The notes: a model not told the origin generated them from the sequence alone. Shown: positions 42,957-54,092, counted from the stretch's first letter. The stretch: DNA of 64,000 nt from Savitreella phatthalungensis (GCA_051599415.1 AP039691.1:496001-560000); one strand, 5' to 3'. Translations and numbers: made by a program.

Positions 42957-43836
42957 GGCGACTGTGGCTGATCTTGTGCGCGAGGCACTGTACAATAAAC
43001 GACTTGAGACTCATGTGTATCATGATGTCGACGTCAATCAAGTAGGCGTGTCACGGCATTGTGCACGTGACGACAGATGGATACACGTGTTTTGAATTCT
43101 GCACAGCCACAGTCATCAGCCACTCTCGAAGGTGACAGAGGTCGCACGTGTCGGAAGATTTTCAATCCTGATCGCTGGTTGATCAGCGGTAGATATCGAG
43201 ATTATTCCGGGTTTGAGGTAGATTGAGATGATCTATAGAAATCGGTTGTCGACAAAACATTGAGCAGATCTGATCCTTCCTTGGAAAGCAATCTAGAAAG
43301 AGTCTGCTGAAAAGTTTGCGTTTCAGAAATCAACAGGAATTTCTCCACATGAAACAAACACTCAAAACACGGATGGCGTCCAATGAATTCGGTAGAAAGG
43401 ATCTCGTGGATCAATTGAATCAAATCGATACGTTAAATGGTAACGACAGACGACGACGAATAGAATCGTCAACGTGATTCTTCTTGACTCTGTGTCAGGG
43501 AAAGCATAGAAGAGGTGGAAAATGTATGTGTACACGTTCAGAAGAGAAGATCCATGATGGTAAGAAAGCATATTCATCCACATGGCTCACTCTCAAGTAC
43601 AAGTGATTCGAGGTAGATCACCAGATCAGACGAAACAGTCAATCCACCCACGCCCAACTCCAAGTTCATCTATCTACTTCCAATCCAGAGACCCAGAGTC
43701 AAAACCAACAGAACTAGCAACGATCATGTTCAAACGATAGAGCAGAACTGCCACAGAACCAGCTCGATCTCTCTTCCCTGCTCCTCTTTTCTCTCTCTCT
43801 ATCACTCACTCTCTATCACTCACTCATTCAATCTCT

Positions 43837-43854
43837 CACACACACACACACACA
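43837..43854. repeat. (CA)9 microsatellite within CT/CA-rich low-complexity DNA upstream of BTA1
   Basis: Direct reading. Confidence 0.85.
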
Positions 43855-44601
43855 AAAGACTCGGGAAGCCTCCCGCCTAGTCAGAGACTACTCAAACTCT
43901 GCCAGCAGTATAGAGACAAGCACGAGCACAAGCCCCTGGAGCATAAAAGCCCACACATACACACGGGAGCATACGCACGCTCTCCCTCAGCTTAAATCAT
44001 GCGTCCATTCTTAGCTTGACCTTTTCCCCAGCAATGAGTAACTTGACAGTACCGGGAACCTGTCAGCCAATCCTCGCTACCCACGCGGGACGCATCTGAG
44101 CTTGAGGTTATCCCTCAGCTTGGACCACTTTCACCGTCGCGTGCATGCATGTAGATATGATCGGGTCTCCACGCTAAGCTCTATCCTTCTTTTATCTCCT
44201 TTCTGGGTAGACTCGCTCAGTCAGAAGCTACAGTGGGTTGGATACAACCATGTGCACACACAAATTGGAAACCTCCACCTCGGGAGCGGCGGCTGGTCGA
44301 TCACTACCTTGATTCCATGTTACTACTCCCCGGAACTAGCCCAATCCTTCCTCTCTCTCTCTCTCGATCGCTTCTCCTTCCTTCCATCCTTCTCTCTACC
44401 TCTCTCTCTCTCTCTCAGTCTCGGTCCATACCATAGGTATACACGCTTCCACGCTCGCTATCCCGGCTCTCCTCCGACAATCACCAACGTTCGGCTGCCA
44501 CCGTGGCGATATAAGTCTACACGTCTCCCCACCAAACTGTTCTCCAGCCTTCCTTATCAACTCATTCCACCTGGTATTCAACCCCAAGTGAAATCTCCCT
44601 C

Positions 44602-46836
44602 ATGGGTGCAGACACAATCACTAAGAGTTCTCAGGCTCCGCCTGTGACATCTTCTACAAACACGGCAAAGAAGTCTCTTTTCCAGCCTATACTCGACCTG
44701 CCCGTCGTCAGTGCTCTGGTCAACCTCATCACCTTTGCCTGGTTCTGCTTCCTGGCACCGCTCGGCAAGAATGATGGCAAGCAAGCAAACAGACTCGACA
44801 AGTTCTACCAGGGTCAGAGCCAGGTCTATGATAAGACGCGCTCATTCCTGCTCCGTGGTAGAGAGCGGATGCTCCGACTAATCGCGTCCGAGGCAGCAGC
44901 TCGCAACATGCGCAAGCCGGTCTGGGTCGACGTTGGCGGAGGAACCGGCTGGAACATCGCCGAGATGGACAAGATCATGCCGCTCGACCAATTCGACAAG
45001 ATCTACCTCGTCGACCTGTGCGAGCCCCTCCTGGACGTAGCACGTGCACGCCTTGCTCAGTACCCGAACGTGGTCGTGCTCAAGGGAGACGCCACCATTT
45101 TGGATCTCCCGTGCGACCAAGTCGACATTGTCACCCTCTCATACTCGCTCTCGATGATCCCGCCCTACTTCAAGGTCATCGACCGTGTCCTAGACGTCCT
45201 CCGACCGCAGGGACTCGTCGGCGTCGTCGATTTCTTCACCAGCAATCGCGAAGAGGCCGAGACAGATCGTCGTGGCAACCTGATCAATCGCCTGTTCTGG
45301 AAGTCCTGGTTCGAATTTGATCACGTGGACCTCAACCCTGCACGCCGCGACTACCTCGAGCACCGTTTCGAGTGCATCAAATCCGCCTCATTCCGCAACA
45401 ACATGGTCATCCCATGGGTCGTCTCCATTCCTTATTACATCTACCTTGGTCAGCGCTCAGGGGACGCCTCACTGGACTCATCTGTCTCGTCTGCGAGCGA
45501 GTACCGCCCAACAAGCACAGTCTCCGGCATCATGACGCCCGAACAGACTCCCGTGCTCAAGCACCTCAAGGAATCACAGGTGCCCGAGATTGACATGCCT
45601 GAACCACAACTCGCACTCCGTAAGTCCGTCCACGGGCCCAGCTGGACGGCCCACCGCATGCCGTTTGACCCTCGGAATCCAGACCAGGCGCAGTTCCAGG
45701 AATTCATCTACTCCTTCATCTGGGAAGATCCCGATGAGGACGTTCTGCAGATGAAGCTGAATCCATCAGACGAGATGCTCGTCATCACATCCGCCGGTTG
45801 CAATGCGCTCGACTACCTGGTGAACGCCGGCGTGAAGTCGATCCACTGCGTCGACATGAACCCGTGCCAGGGCCATTTGCTAGAGCTCAAGATTGCAGCC
45901 TTCAAGGCGCTTGACTACGACGAACTCTGGCGTCTCTTTGGCCAAGGACAGCACGACAACTTCAGAGCTGTCCTCGACCGCCTCGCACCGCACATGTCCG
46001 CCGAGGCATACCGGTTCTGGGTCGCCCGTGAGGGCGCCTTCGACGAGTGCTTCTACAAGAGCGGGTATGCAGGCAACGTGCTCAAGGTGCTCGAGTGGCT
46101 GTTTTGGTTGACCAGGACGCAGGGAGCCGCTCATGACATGGCTCGAGCGGCAACACTCGACGAGCAGCGTGCTGCTTGGAAAGTACTCCGGAGAGCATTC
46201 ATCTCGAACGCGACCGGGTGGGCGCTCCTGGCAAATCCAGTATTCCTGTGGAACGCCCTTGGTGTGCCTGTGAACCAGCTGAAGATGCTGCTGAAGGAGG
46301 GATCGGCGCTCCAGTACGCGGTCGACACGCTCGACCCGATCGCCGACCAGACCCTACTCTCCAAAGTCAACTTCCACTACCTGCTCCCGCTCCTCCAGCA
46401 CTATACCCAGGCATGCTGTCCTGCATACCTCCGGCCGAAGAACTTCGACCTCCTCTCGCGCGACAACGCAATCCTCCTAGACAACCTCACCCTCCACACC
46501 GACACCATCAACGGCGTCCTCGCCTCCCTGCCTCCGAAGTCCCTTACAAAGGCCGTCGTCATGGATCACCAGGACTGGTTCGATGTCGTCTCACCTGAAC
46601 AGCCATTCCCTTGCCCTGGTTCGTACCTGGATGAGGAAATCCGCTTGTTCAAACAGGCCTTGAAACCGTGCGGTGAAGTGTGGTGGCGATCTTCTGCAAA
46701 GCGACCGTGGTACGCGGATCGGTGGCAAAAGGCCGGATTCCAAGTATCCCAAATCTCCTCAAGAGATGATCGAAAACTACTCGACAAAGTCAACATGTAC
46801 GCATCCCTCTACAGAGCTCGTCTCCCCTCCACATAG
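44602..46836 (+). CDS. BTA1: Betaine lipid (DGTS) synthase, BtaB-like methyltransferase fused to a BtaA-like DUF3419 domain
   Basis: LDKFYQGQSQVYDKTR, WVDVGGGTGWN, SYSLSMIP, YSFIWEDP, ITSAGCNALDY, VDMNPCQGHLLELK, MDHQDW and DKVNMYAS motifs. Confidence 0.92.
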   Translation: MGADTITKSSQAPPVTSSTNTAKKSLFQPILDLPVVSALVNLITFAWFCFLAPLGKNDGKQANRLDKFYQGQSQVYDKTRSFLLRGRERMLRLIASEAAARNMRKPVWVDVGGGTGWNIAEMDKIMPLDQFDKIYLVDLCEPLLDVARARLAQYPNVVVLKGDATILDLPCDQVDIVTLSYSLSMIPPYFKVIDRVLDVLRPQGLVGVVDFFTSNREEAETDRRGNLINRLFWKSWFEFDHVDLNPARRDYLEHRFECIKSASFRNNMVIPWVVSIPYYIYLGQRSGDASLDSSVSSASEYRPTSTVSGIMTPEQTPVLKHLKESQVPEIDMPEPQLALRKSVHGPSWTAHRMPFDPRNPDQAQFQEFIYSFIWEDPDEDVLQMKLNPSDEMLVITSAGCNALDYLVNAGVKSIHCVDMNPCQGHLLELKIAAFKALDYDELWRLFGQGQHDNFRAVLDRLAPHMSAEAYRFWVAREGAFDECFYKSGYAGNVLKVLEWLFWLTRTQGAAHDMARAATLDEQRAAWKVLRRAFISNATGWALLANPVFLWNALGVPVNQLKMLLKEGSALQYAVDTLDPIADQTLLSKVNFHYLLPLLQHYTQACCPAYLRPKNFDLLSRDNAILLDNLTLHTDTINGVLASLPPKSLTKAVVMDHQDWFDVVSPEQPFPCPGSYLDEEIRLFKQALKPCGEVWWRSSAKRPWYADRWQKAGFQVSQISSRDDRKLLDKVNMYASLYRARLPST

Positions 46837-46953
46837 AACAAAAGCCATATATCACACCCGGTCGGACTTTTGGTACTTAAGCATCTCAAAAATTTATAGA
46901 TCTCAATCTAGGACTTTTTACACTATCGTTGGACAGACATTCGTGGTGGATTT

Positions 46954-49815
46954 TTAAGATAGCGGTGTTCGTGCTCGTTTGATGGCTGGGAGGACTTTAG
47001 TTAGTTGTGGTGAGTTTTTGGCTGATGCTCTACCTGGTTGCCGTCCTGATTTCTTGGGCTGCGGTGGCTCAGGATATCCTGTCGGTGCTGGAGCACTGTT
47101 GGCGTACGGTGCAAACATGCCCTGAGGCGGGTAGCCTGGAGGAGCACCATGGTATCCATCGTAAGGGTGATACCCACCACCACCACCGTACCGCGTACCG
47201 TACGGCGACCCCGAACGCGCAGGACCGCCAGCACCACCAACAGAGGCAGGCGCAGTCCCGTACGGATTGATCAGCGAACCGTACCCGACCTGCTGCTGTG
47301 GGATACCTGAAGAGCCTGCTGCAGGGGCGATAGGTCGGGGTTGGTGTTGGTGGAGTGGGTAAGGGTGCTGCTGGTGTGGTGTGGAGGTTGCACTGCGTCC
47401 AGGTCCGCCGAAGTGGGATGATGCGCCTGAACTTGTGCCTGGAGCGTTCGTGGGAGGGGAGGAGCGAGAAGGTGGGTCTTCAGCAGAGGCGCTCGGACTA
47501 AGAAGCGAAGCGAGCGACATCCGGGAAAGACTTGCGCCGGATGGAGTTCCGTCACCGACAGACTCGCGACCTTGAAGGGCAACTTGCTGAACTGCCGCGT
47601 TTGTTGCTGCTTGGACGCCAAGGTTGGATGGGGTGGCTGCACCACGACGACGGCCGGAGGTCGTGGTATCCTGAGCACTCGATGCCCGCGTTCGTTCGCG
47701 ACCACGCGGCGCACCCTGCTGTAAGGTGAGAAGGGCTTCGCGAGCGTCTCTCATTCGTTTCAGTTGTTCAACTAGGACGGCATTTCGAGCTTCTAGGTCC
47801 TTGCATCGTTCTTCTGCAGCTGCTTGACCCTGAGATGCTTGGAGTCGAGCGAGTTTATAGGCGAGACCTCCTTCCTCTCGCGCTTTGAGCTGCTTGATAT
47901 CGAGCTCGAGCGTCTCTTTTTCCGACGCGAGCTCCGCAGCAGCAGACGACGACTGCTGGTACTGCTGCCTTAGAAAGTCAAAGTCCTGCTGCCTCGCTTC
48001 ACTCGACTTCTTCGCACGCTCGAGCTCCGTCTTCAGCCGGCGGTTCTCTGTCGCGATGAACTCAGGAGATGACTCTTCTGGCAGTAGCGGCATCTTTGCT
48101 TTTTCAAGTTCTGCACGTGCATCCTGCCGGTCTATCCGAGCTTGGCGCACTTCCTCTGTCAGTCTGTCGAAGCGTTTCTGGAGAGAAGCAAATTTCGCCT
48201 CGGCCTCGTCACGTGCCTCGCCAAATCCCCTACACTCCTCTCGTAGCTCATCGAATCGCCCTGCTAGTCTTTCGAGATCTGCTTGGAGAGTCAGAACCTG
48301 TGCCCTGCTTTCTGCCAGGACTTGGGGGTCAACAGAGGTCTGGGTCGCCTGGTCTGTACCGAAAATGGAAATCTTCGTGTCCTCGTTGACAGGTGTGAGT
48401 CCGTGGGATAAGGAAGCCGGGTTGATGAAGTTTTGTTGTTGCAGGGAGTTGTCAGCGTCGCCGTCATTGGTGGAACCGACCTCATAGTCCATTGCCTGGC
48501 CAAAGACGCCGTCACGCTGCTGCTCAGGTGCATCTGTTGCTGCCGGCTGCGCCGTACTCGTCGCTTCCTCTGTATGTACTTCCACGCCATCTATATCCGT
48601 GACGAGCACGCGAGGATGGCGGTCGAATCTACCAGACACGTGACCACTTCCCGCACTGTTGCCGTCCAGTTTGCGCTTCTTGTTGCCGGTCAGAGGCTGC
48701 TGACTGGAATCTGGGAAGGCAGCAGATGCGCTGTATATGCTGCCCTCGTAGTCGCTCTCGTTCAGATTTAATGCGTCTGGTAACGTCGCGACGAGCGGGT
48801 GGCCGCACAAGAATTGAATCGTCTTGGATACAAGGTCGGCTGCGTCGAGTCCACCCTGACCGACTTGCTCATACAGCGCCGCTGTGCCGCTGACGATGAC
48901 CGCCTGGTTGCTCGACTGTCGCAAGATGTGCTCGGACGAATTGATGACCACCAGCCGGAGTACCGGGGCGAACGTGCACGTGCCCTCTCGGCTGAAAGCA
49001 ATCGCCAAGTCGACAGGCTCACCTGGAATGTACGAGGCATCGTGAGCAACCAGGAGGACCTCGATTGTGCCCTGAGAGCTCTCCTGAGTGGAAGCATCGG
49101 CTGAATCGGTGTCGGCCTCAGCGTAATGGACTCGTAGGCCCCGAAGGACTGTTTTCAGCAGCTGCAAGACTTTATCGCTATCGTAGAGAACGCAGATTCG
49201 AACAGGCTGCTGACGAAGGGCCTCGATCAGCTCGACAAGCATCTCAAATTTTGAGCTGGCCTGGGTGATGTACCATGCCTCTTGCGCATCGTCTAGATTT
49301 CCCCGAGGTTCCTCCTTAGCAAGCAGCAGCGGATGTGTCAGGACGGCCTCGAGGGAAGTGAGAAGCTCTTGTATCCGGGTCCCGTCTTCGTCCTTGACGG
49401 CTCCACTTTGCTGTGAAGCGCAGAAGGATTCGATAAGCGGTGCTGCATCGAGTAGCAGCTTGTAGTAGATTTTGCGTTGGACGGCCGATAACCGTACTGG
49501 GACCGCATACTCATTGCGCAAGCCTGCAGGGATGACACGCATTCTCGTCTTGTTCGCCTTTATCTGCTTCGCGAGAGCGTCCTGCCGCCCATCGATGGCG
49601 GCTGGACTGACATTTGTAGAGATTGTGCTGCGGGCTGTATCGTCCTGCATGACAACCTCCGGCTCCATCTTTATCATTGGGTTTTCGGCTGCTTCTATCG
49701 ATGGAGCCTGATTCTGCTGCTGAAGGCTGACCGGGGCAGCTGGTTCGGTCTGTGTCTGTTGCGCTGGCTCCTCTGCTACACGAGCGACGTCGAGCGAGGG
49801 CTGCTCCTCCGACAT
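46954..49815 (-). CDS. HDA2/HDA3-domain coiled-coil protein (class II HDAC complex subunit or Ccq1-like)
   Basis: EYAVPVRLSAVQRKIY, VLTHPLLL, SSKFEMLVELI and PVLRLVVINSSEH motifs, then a long coiled coil (FLRQQYQQSSSAAAEL) and a low-complexity tail. Confidence 0.75.
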   Translation of the reverse strand: MSEEQPSLDVARVAEEPAQQTQTEPAAPVSLQQQNQAPSIEAAENPMIKMEPEVVMQDDTARSTISTNVSPAAIDGRQDALAKQIKANKTRMRVIPAGLRNEYAVPVRLSAVQRKIYYKLLLDAAPLIESFCASQQSGAVKDEDGTRIQELLTSLEAVLTHPLLLAKEEPRGNLDDAQEAWYITQASSKFEMLVELIEALRQQPVRICVLYDSDKVLQLLKTVLRGLRVHYAEADTDSADASTQESSQGTIEVLLVAHDASYIPGEPVDLAIAFSREGTCTFAPVLRLVVINSSEHILRQSSNQAVIVSGTAALYEQVGQGGLDAADLVSKTIQFLCGHPLVATLPDALNLNESDYEGSIYSASAAFPDSSQQPLTGNKKRKLDGNSAGSGHVSGRFDRHPRVLVTDIDGVEVHTEEATSTAQPAATDAPEQQRDGVFGQAMDYEVGSTNDGDADNSLQQQNFINPASLSHGLTPVNEDTKISIFGTDQATQTSVDPQVLAESRAQVLTLQADLERLAGRFDELREECRGFGEARDEAEAKFASLQKRFDRLTEEVRQARIDRQDARAELEKAKMPLLPEESSPEFIATENRRLKTELERAKKSSEARQQDFDFLRQQYQQSSSAAAELASEKETLELDIKQLKAREEGGLAYKLARLQASQGQAAAEERCKDLEARNAVLVEQLKRMRDAREALLTLQQGAPRGRERTRASSAQDTTTSGRRRGAATPSNLGVQAATNAAVQQVALQGRESVGDGTPSGASLSRMSLASLLSPSASAEDPPSRSSPPTNAPGTSSGASSHFGGPGRSATSTPHQQHPYPLHQHQPRPIAPAAGSSGIPQQQVGYGSLINPYGTAPASVGGAGGPARSGSPYGTRYGGGGGYHPYDGYHGAPPGYPPQGMFAPYANSAPAPTGYPEPPQPKKSGRQPGRASAKNSPQLTKVLPAIKRARTPLS

Positions 49816-50780
49816 GGTAAGCTGTGTAGAACCTGTAGGATAGGCTAGCCAGCAGATGACCTTTTCGAGGTAGTTCTGGGTAAGAAGACTGTTCTGAGCG
49901 GTCGAGTTCGACGTGATGAGGAATGTTCCGCAGGCGAGATCTGCAACAACTCTAGGCAGAAATTGACTGGGATGGGGCTGAGCGGGTAATGCAGATAAGC
50001 GTTAAAGACTGCCGAGGGAATATTGCAAGCGTCAAAGGTAAGTGTGCGAATATCTGAGTCGGGGTGAGAACTGTTCTAAGCGACGTCAAGACAGATGTGA
50101 TCGATGTTCCGTGGACTGTGTATACCTGTATAAGGTGTAGGCGTGTGAGCAGGTGTATAGGGGAGTGTCTATGTGTATATGTATGAGAGTGTGTATAAGG
50201 GTATGTATGTATGTGTGAGTGTGTGCATGTAGATGCATATGTGGGTGTTTGAGGATATATGTGCGGGTACGTGAGTGGATGAGCGGGAGTATATTCTGTA
50301 TTTGATTGTTTCTATTCCTGTGATTGGCTCAAAGCAGACTACTGAAACTCTTCCTCTTTACCAGCTGAATTTGTATGGTCTCCAAATGCACTTCAGATTT
50401 GCATATGAGCACCATGTCACAATTGAATCAACAGTGGAGCTCCAGCCGGCAAACAGTACATGGACACGGGTTCTCGACGTAGCTCATCATCCGCACTGCA
50501 GAAAGGATCAACAGGTCAGTCGACAGCTCAGGAACTCCTAGCAGGAGTGTCTCTCAACCTCACAAGATCAATTGCATGTGCTTACAAGATCATTATAATG
50601 ATGTAGGAAATGCTTGATACGATGAATGAATGCAATGAGATTGACAAAGTCGTACATGAGTGAGTAGAGTCGAAGGGACTGAAGAGAGATTGTTGAAAGA
50701 GAGAAGTGTTGTGTGCAGTGAGGGTTTTGAGGGGCAGGTTTCATGAATGCCAGACTCATGCTCAACCACTTCCACAACAT

Positions 50781-51263
50781 TTAGGAGGTTGAAGTCGTTG
50801 CAAGCGGAGGATTCCCCTGGCTTGCGTCCAAATCTTGCACAGGTTGATCAGCTGCACCAGGCAGAGGTTCATCGCTGTTGTCAAGCTTCCAGTTTGCCAG
50901 ATATTGCTTGCCTGAAAAATAAGTGATTCCTGCTGGACGCTCACTCTTTGACTTGAGGACCTTCCGAGAGACAAATGGCGTCAACTATCGGGTCAGTAAA
51001 AAGCATTCACAAGACACTAAAGATTTGTTGTCTGAGATGTGTAGCTCATCATACAGATCCAACCCATCTCAAATTGATCGGAGACTTACGTGTGTCGAAG
51101 TTGGAGCAGGATAAGTACGGACAATTGACCAGTCGACGATGTATCCACCATGCTTTGTATGTGTTCCTGTACGACCTGTCCGTGTACCTTTGTAGTAGTT
51201 GTGTCCCTGCTTTGTGGTGAGCGGCAGCCTGCGCGCTCCACACAGGATCCGAGACGGGTTCAT
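50781..51263 (-). CDS. MRPL27: Mitochondrial ribosomal protein mL41, 2 exons
   Basis: Exons 51090-51263 and 50781-50984, with intron 50985-51089 (GTAAGT...TACTGAC...TAG). LPLTTKQGHNYYKGTRTG...VRTYPAP..|LTPFVS. Confidence 0.9.
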
Positions 51264-51813
51264 CGGGGAGATCTAGAAGCGACGTGTAGAGGAGAAGCCG
51301 GGACGAGAACACCAGTTTCGGAAGCAATGATGGACGTGATCCTTGGACGATAGATGTAGTTGAGTGAGAACGAAATGTTACTTCAGCTGTTGCTTCAGCT
51401 GTTGTTTTGTCCTTTCTATCAAAGCTGTTCTTGGTCTCCTCGAGGATATCCAGTCGATGTGAGTTGCTGCAGTGTAGAATTTCTTCTGCCATGCAAGCAG
51501 CTGCATCTGGCTGCACAGACACGTGATGATGACAGGGGGAGAATCGGTGTAATGATACACGTGATCATTGCTGCATCCAACAATCGTTCATCCAACATTG
51601 ATTCCTCACAGATGCACAGTCAACGCTCACCAGTCCAAACGTACTGTAGAGTGAGGATATGACGATATCGGCCATCTGACCAACGCCTATATCGACATCA
51701 TCCATCAGCTACAGCAGCTTAGTTCAAACACATACGCCAGCCTCACATCCCTCATTCTCAACATTGTCGCCCACATCTCTAGCTACCTATCTAAAAAGTC
51801 ACGCGCAACACAA

Positions 51814-52387
51814 ATGTCTAACGTACGCACAACCCTTCCTGATCCTCGTTCCCACAAAAGACTCCAAATCTGACTAACACTGGAACAAGACTTTGAAAAA
51901 CTACTTGGCAGCAGTCAGATCAACCCTGACAGCAGCTCTATGTCTGCAGAATCACGCTTCGCAAGTGGTGGAGAGACATAACTACCCCGAAGTTGAAGCC
52001 CGACTGTCGGATGAAGCACTTCTCAATCCTGTCATCGTCTCGCGTAATGAGAACGAGCAGTGCTTGATTGAACCATCCATCAATTCCGTCCGGGTGAGCT
52101 TGAAAATCAAGCAGGCTGATGAGATCGAGTCAATCCTTGTGAAGCAGTTCATGCGCTTCCTCATGGGCAGGGCAGATTCCTTTGTCATCCTGCGGCGAAA
52201 GCCAATCAAGGGTTTCGACATCTCCTTCCTCGTCACGAATAAGAACACCGAAGACATGCTGAAGCACAAGCTCGTCGACTTTGTGATTCAATTCATGGAG
52301 GAAGTCGATGCAGAAATCAACGAGATGAAGCTCTTCCTCAACGGTCGCGCCCGCTTCGTGGCGGAGCACTACCTCACCGCGGCTTGA
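51814..52387 (+). CDS. ARC19: Arp2/3 complex subunit ARPC4 (p20), 2 exons
   Basis: 9-nt exon 51814-51822, intron 51823-51889 (GTACGC...GACTAAC...AAG), exon 51890-52387. MSN|TLKNYL...[10 protein letters not shown]...[16 protein letters not shown]. Confidence 0.95.
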
Positions 52388-52834
52388 TATCTCCCAGATG
52401 TGTCTCATACCTCCGTCAAGGCTTCTGGGCTCTCCACACGCACGCTCACGTTAGAACAACGTTTGTACAATACTTATCTCGATCCGTCTTACCCGTCACG
52501 CGACAACCCTCCTTATCGCCATGCATTTTCTCCCCAAGCCCACCACTCACGCGACACAAAAGCCTATGCCATCTGCCGCTTATCGTCAATCACTGGTCAC
52601 CTGGGAGTGTCACAAGAGCTTGTGATCACAAAGGCTTTGCAAGGACATTCGATGTACTGCTCCGATTGCCAGCACATGACGGGCGCCGGACTCCATGGGG
52701 CAATTCGCCAGAACCACGCTCGTGACTCGTCAGCTCTCGAGTTCCCACATCGTCTCCGCCTGTGTCGTGTGAATGCTTCCCACTGCGTCCTCATTTGACT
52801 GTCTTGTCCACAACAACCTCCCTACTACTCAACT

Positions 52835-54022
52835 ATGATCGCAGCGATGGGCTTTCCTTTGCTTATCGGCGGCGCTGCGATCGTGTGTGCTCGTATCATC
52901 CACCAGGAACACACTTCATGGGCTCTAGAACGGATATCTCACCTCGGCCGCATCCCGAACGCCTACGACCCATCACTCTCGTCGCCGACCAAGGGCAGCA
53001 GGGCTGCGACTGACGATGCGTTCACATACACCTACGACGACCGGGCCTTGGGGACGTCCGTGGACGTATACGTCCTCGACAGTGGCGTCTCACGACATAC
53101 TGACTTTGGTGGACCGAACGGTGGGTCTCGCGTGGTGTGGGACACGACGGCCGATATGACCTGCCGCCGTTCCCCCTCCCGTGCGTGCTCGGTCGACGAC
53201 GACCAGGGTCACGGAACCGCGATCGCCGGCGTGATCGCGAGCACCACGTACGGTGTGGCGAAAGAGGCTCGGTTGGTGCCTGTGAAGGTGTTTGGCGGTG
53301 GCGGCCGTAGCCGAGTGAGTTGGGTGGTCGGTGGTGGGGAGTGGGTGGTGGGAAGGGTCCGAGGTCGACAGAAACCAGCAGTCATCCACCTCAGCAGCAT
53401 GGGCCTCCTCCACTCCCCTGCCGTCCTCACAACCTTCGACCGCGCAGCCATCCACAACAACATCCACGTCGTCGTCGCTGCAGGCGACGACAACCAAAAC
53501 GCATGCCACCTCACACCACACACCTCCAAGCACCTCACCACCGTCGCAGGAACCACCATCCGAGACACCTGGTTTCAAAATAACAACTACGGAGCCTGTG
53601 TCGATTTGCTAGCGCCGGCAAAGTCAGTCAACACCCTCTGGCCTGGGGTCGACGGTGAGAGTTTGCGGACGGTGGCGAGTGGGACGTCGATTGGTGGTGG
53701 GTTGGTGGCTGGTGTGGTTGCTGGGTGGTTAGGGTTGGATGGGTTTGGTGGGACGAGGACTGTGGTGATGCGGAAGTGGTTGCGGAAGCATGCAGAGTAC
53801 AATGCCATTCGCGGGGTCCCCGACCCGGACTCGACAGACTCCGACGGCAGCTCGAGTATCGGCAGCAGTAGCAGTAGGAGATACTGGGACGATGATACTA
53901 CACCAAACGCTCTCGTCATCGCTATCATACCACCAACCCATACACACCACCGCACAACCTCACTCCCAATCGATATCCCAGAGAGCTCGCCAACGATGGA
54001 TATTCACGACATTGTGTGGTAA
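52835..54022 (+). CDS. Divergent proteinase K-like S8 subtilase with a signal peptide and no evident I9 prodomain
   Basis: WALERISH, VYVLDSG (D), GHGTAIAG (H), YGVAKEA, NYGACVDLLAP and SGTS (S) motifs. Confidence 0.8.
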   Translation: MIAAMGFPLLIGGAAIVCARIIHQEHTSWALERISHLGRIPNAYDPSLSSPTKGSRAATDDAFTYTYDDRALGTSVDVYVLDSGVSRHTDFGGPNGGSRVVWDTTADMTCRRSPSRACSVDDDQGHGTAIAGVIASTTYGVAKEARLVPVKVFGGGGRSRVSWVVGGGEWVVGRVRGRQKPAVIHLSSMGLLHSPAVLTTFDRAAIHNNIHVVVAAGDDNQNACHLTPHTSKHLTTVAGTTIRDTWFQNNNYGACVDLLAPAKSVNTLWPGVDGESLRTVASGTSIGGGLVAGVVAGWLGLDGFGGTRTVVMRKWLRKHAEYNAIRGVPDPDSTDSDGSSSIGSSSSRRYWDDDTTPNALVIAIIPPTHTHHRTTSLPIDIPESSPTMDIHDIVW

Positions 54023-54092
54023 AGGGATTGCATGGGATCAGAAAAAAGCATAAGAAAGAAAGCTATAAAAGTTCGGAAGGTTGATAGGGAGA

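Noticed and set aside
21306..46836. HOM6 and BTA1 as a homoserine-lipid cluster
   Set aside because: The DGTS head group derives from SAM, not free homoserine, and the genes are 22 kb apart.
50985..51089. C/D snoRNA in the MRPL27 intron (ATGATGA...CTGA)
   Set aside because: The CTGA is part of the branch site, and I could not match a guide to rRNA.
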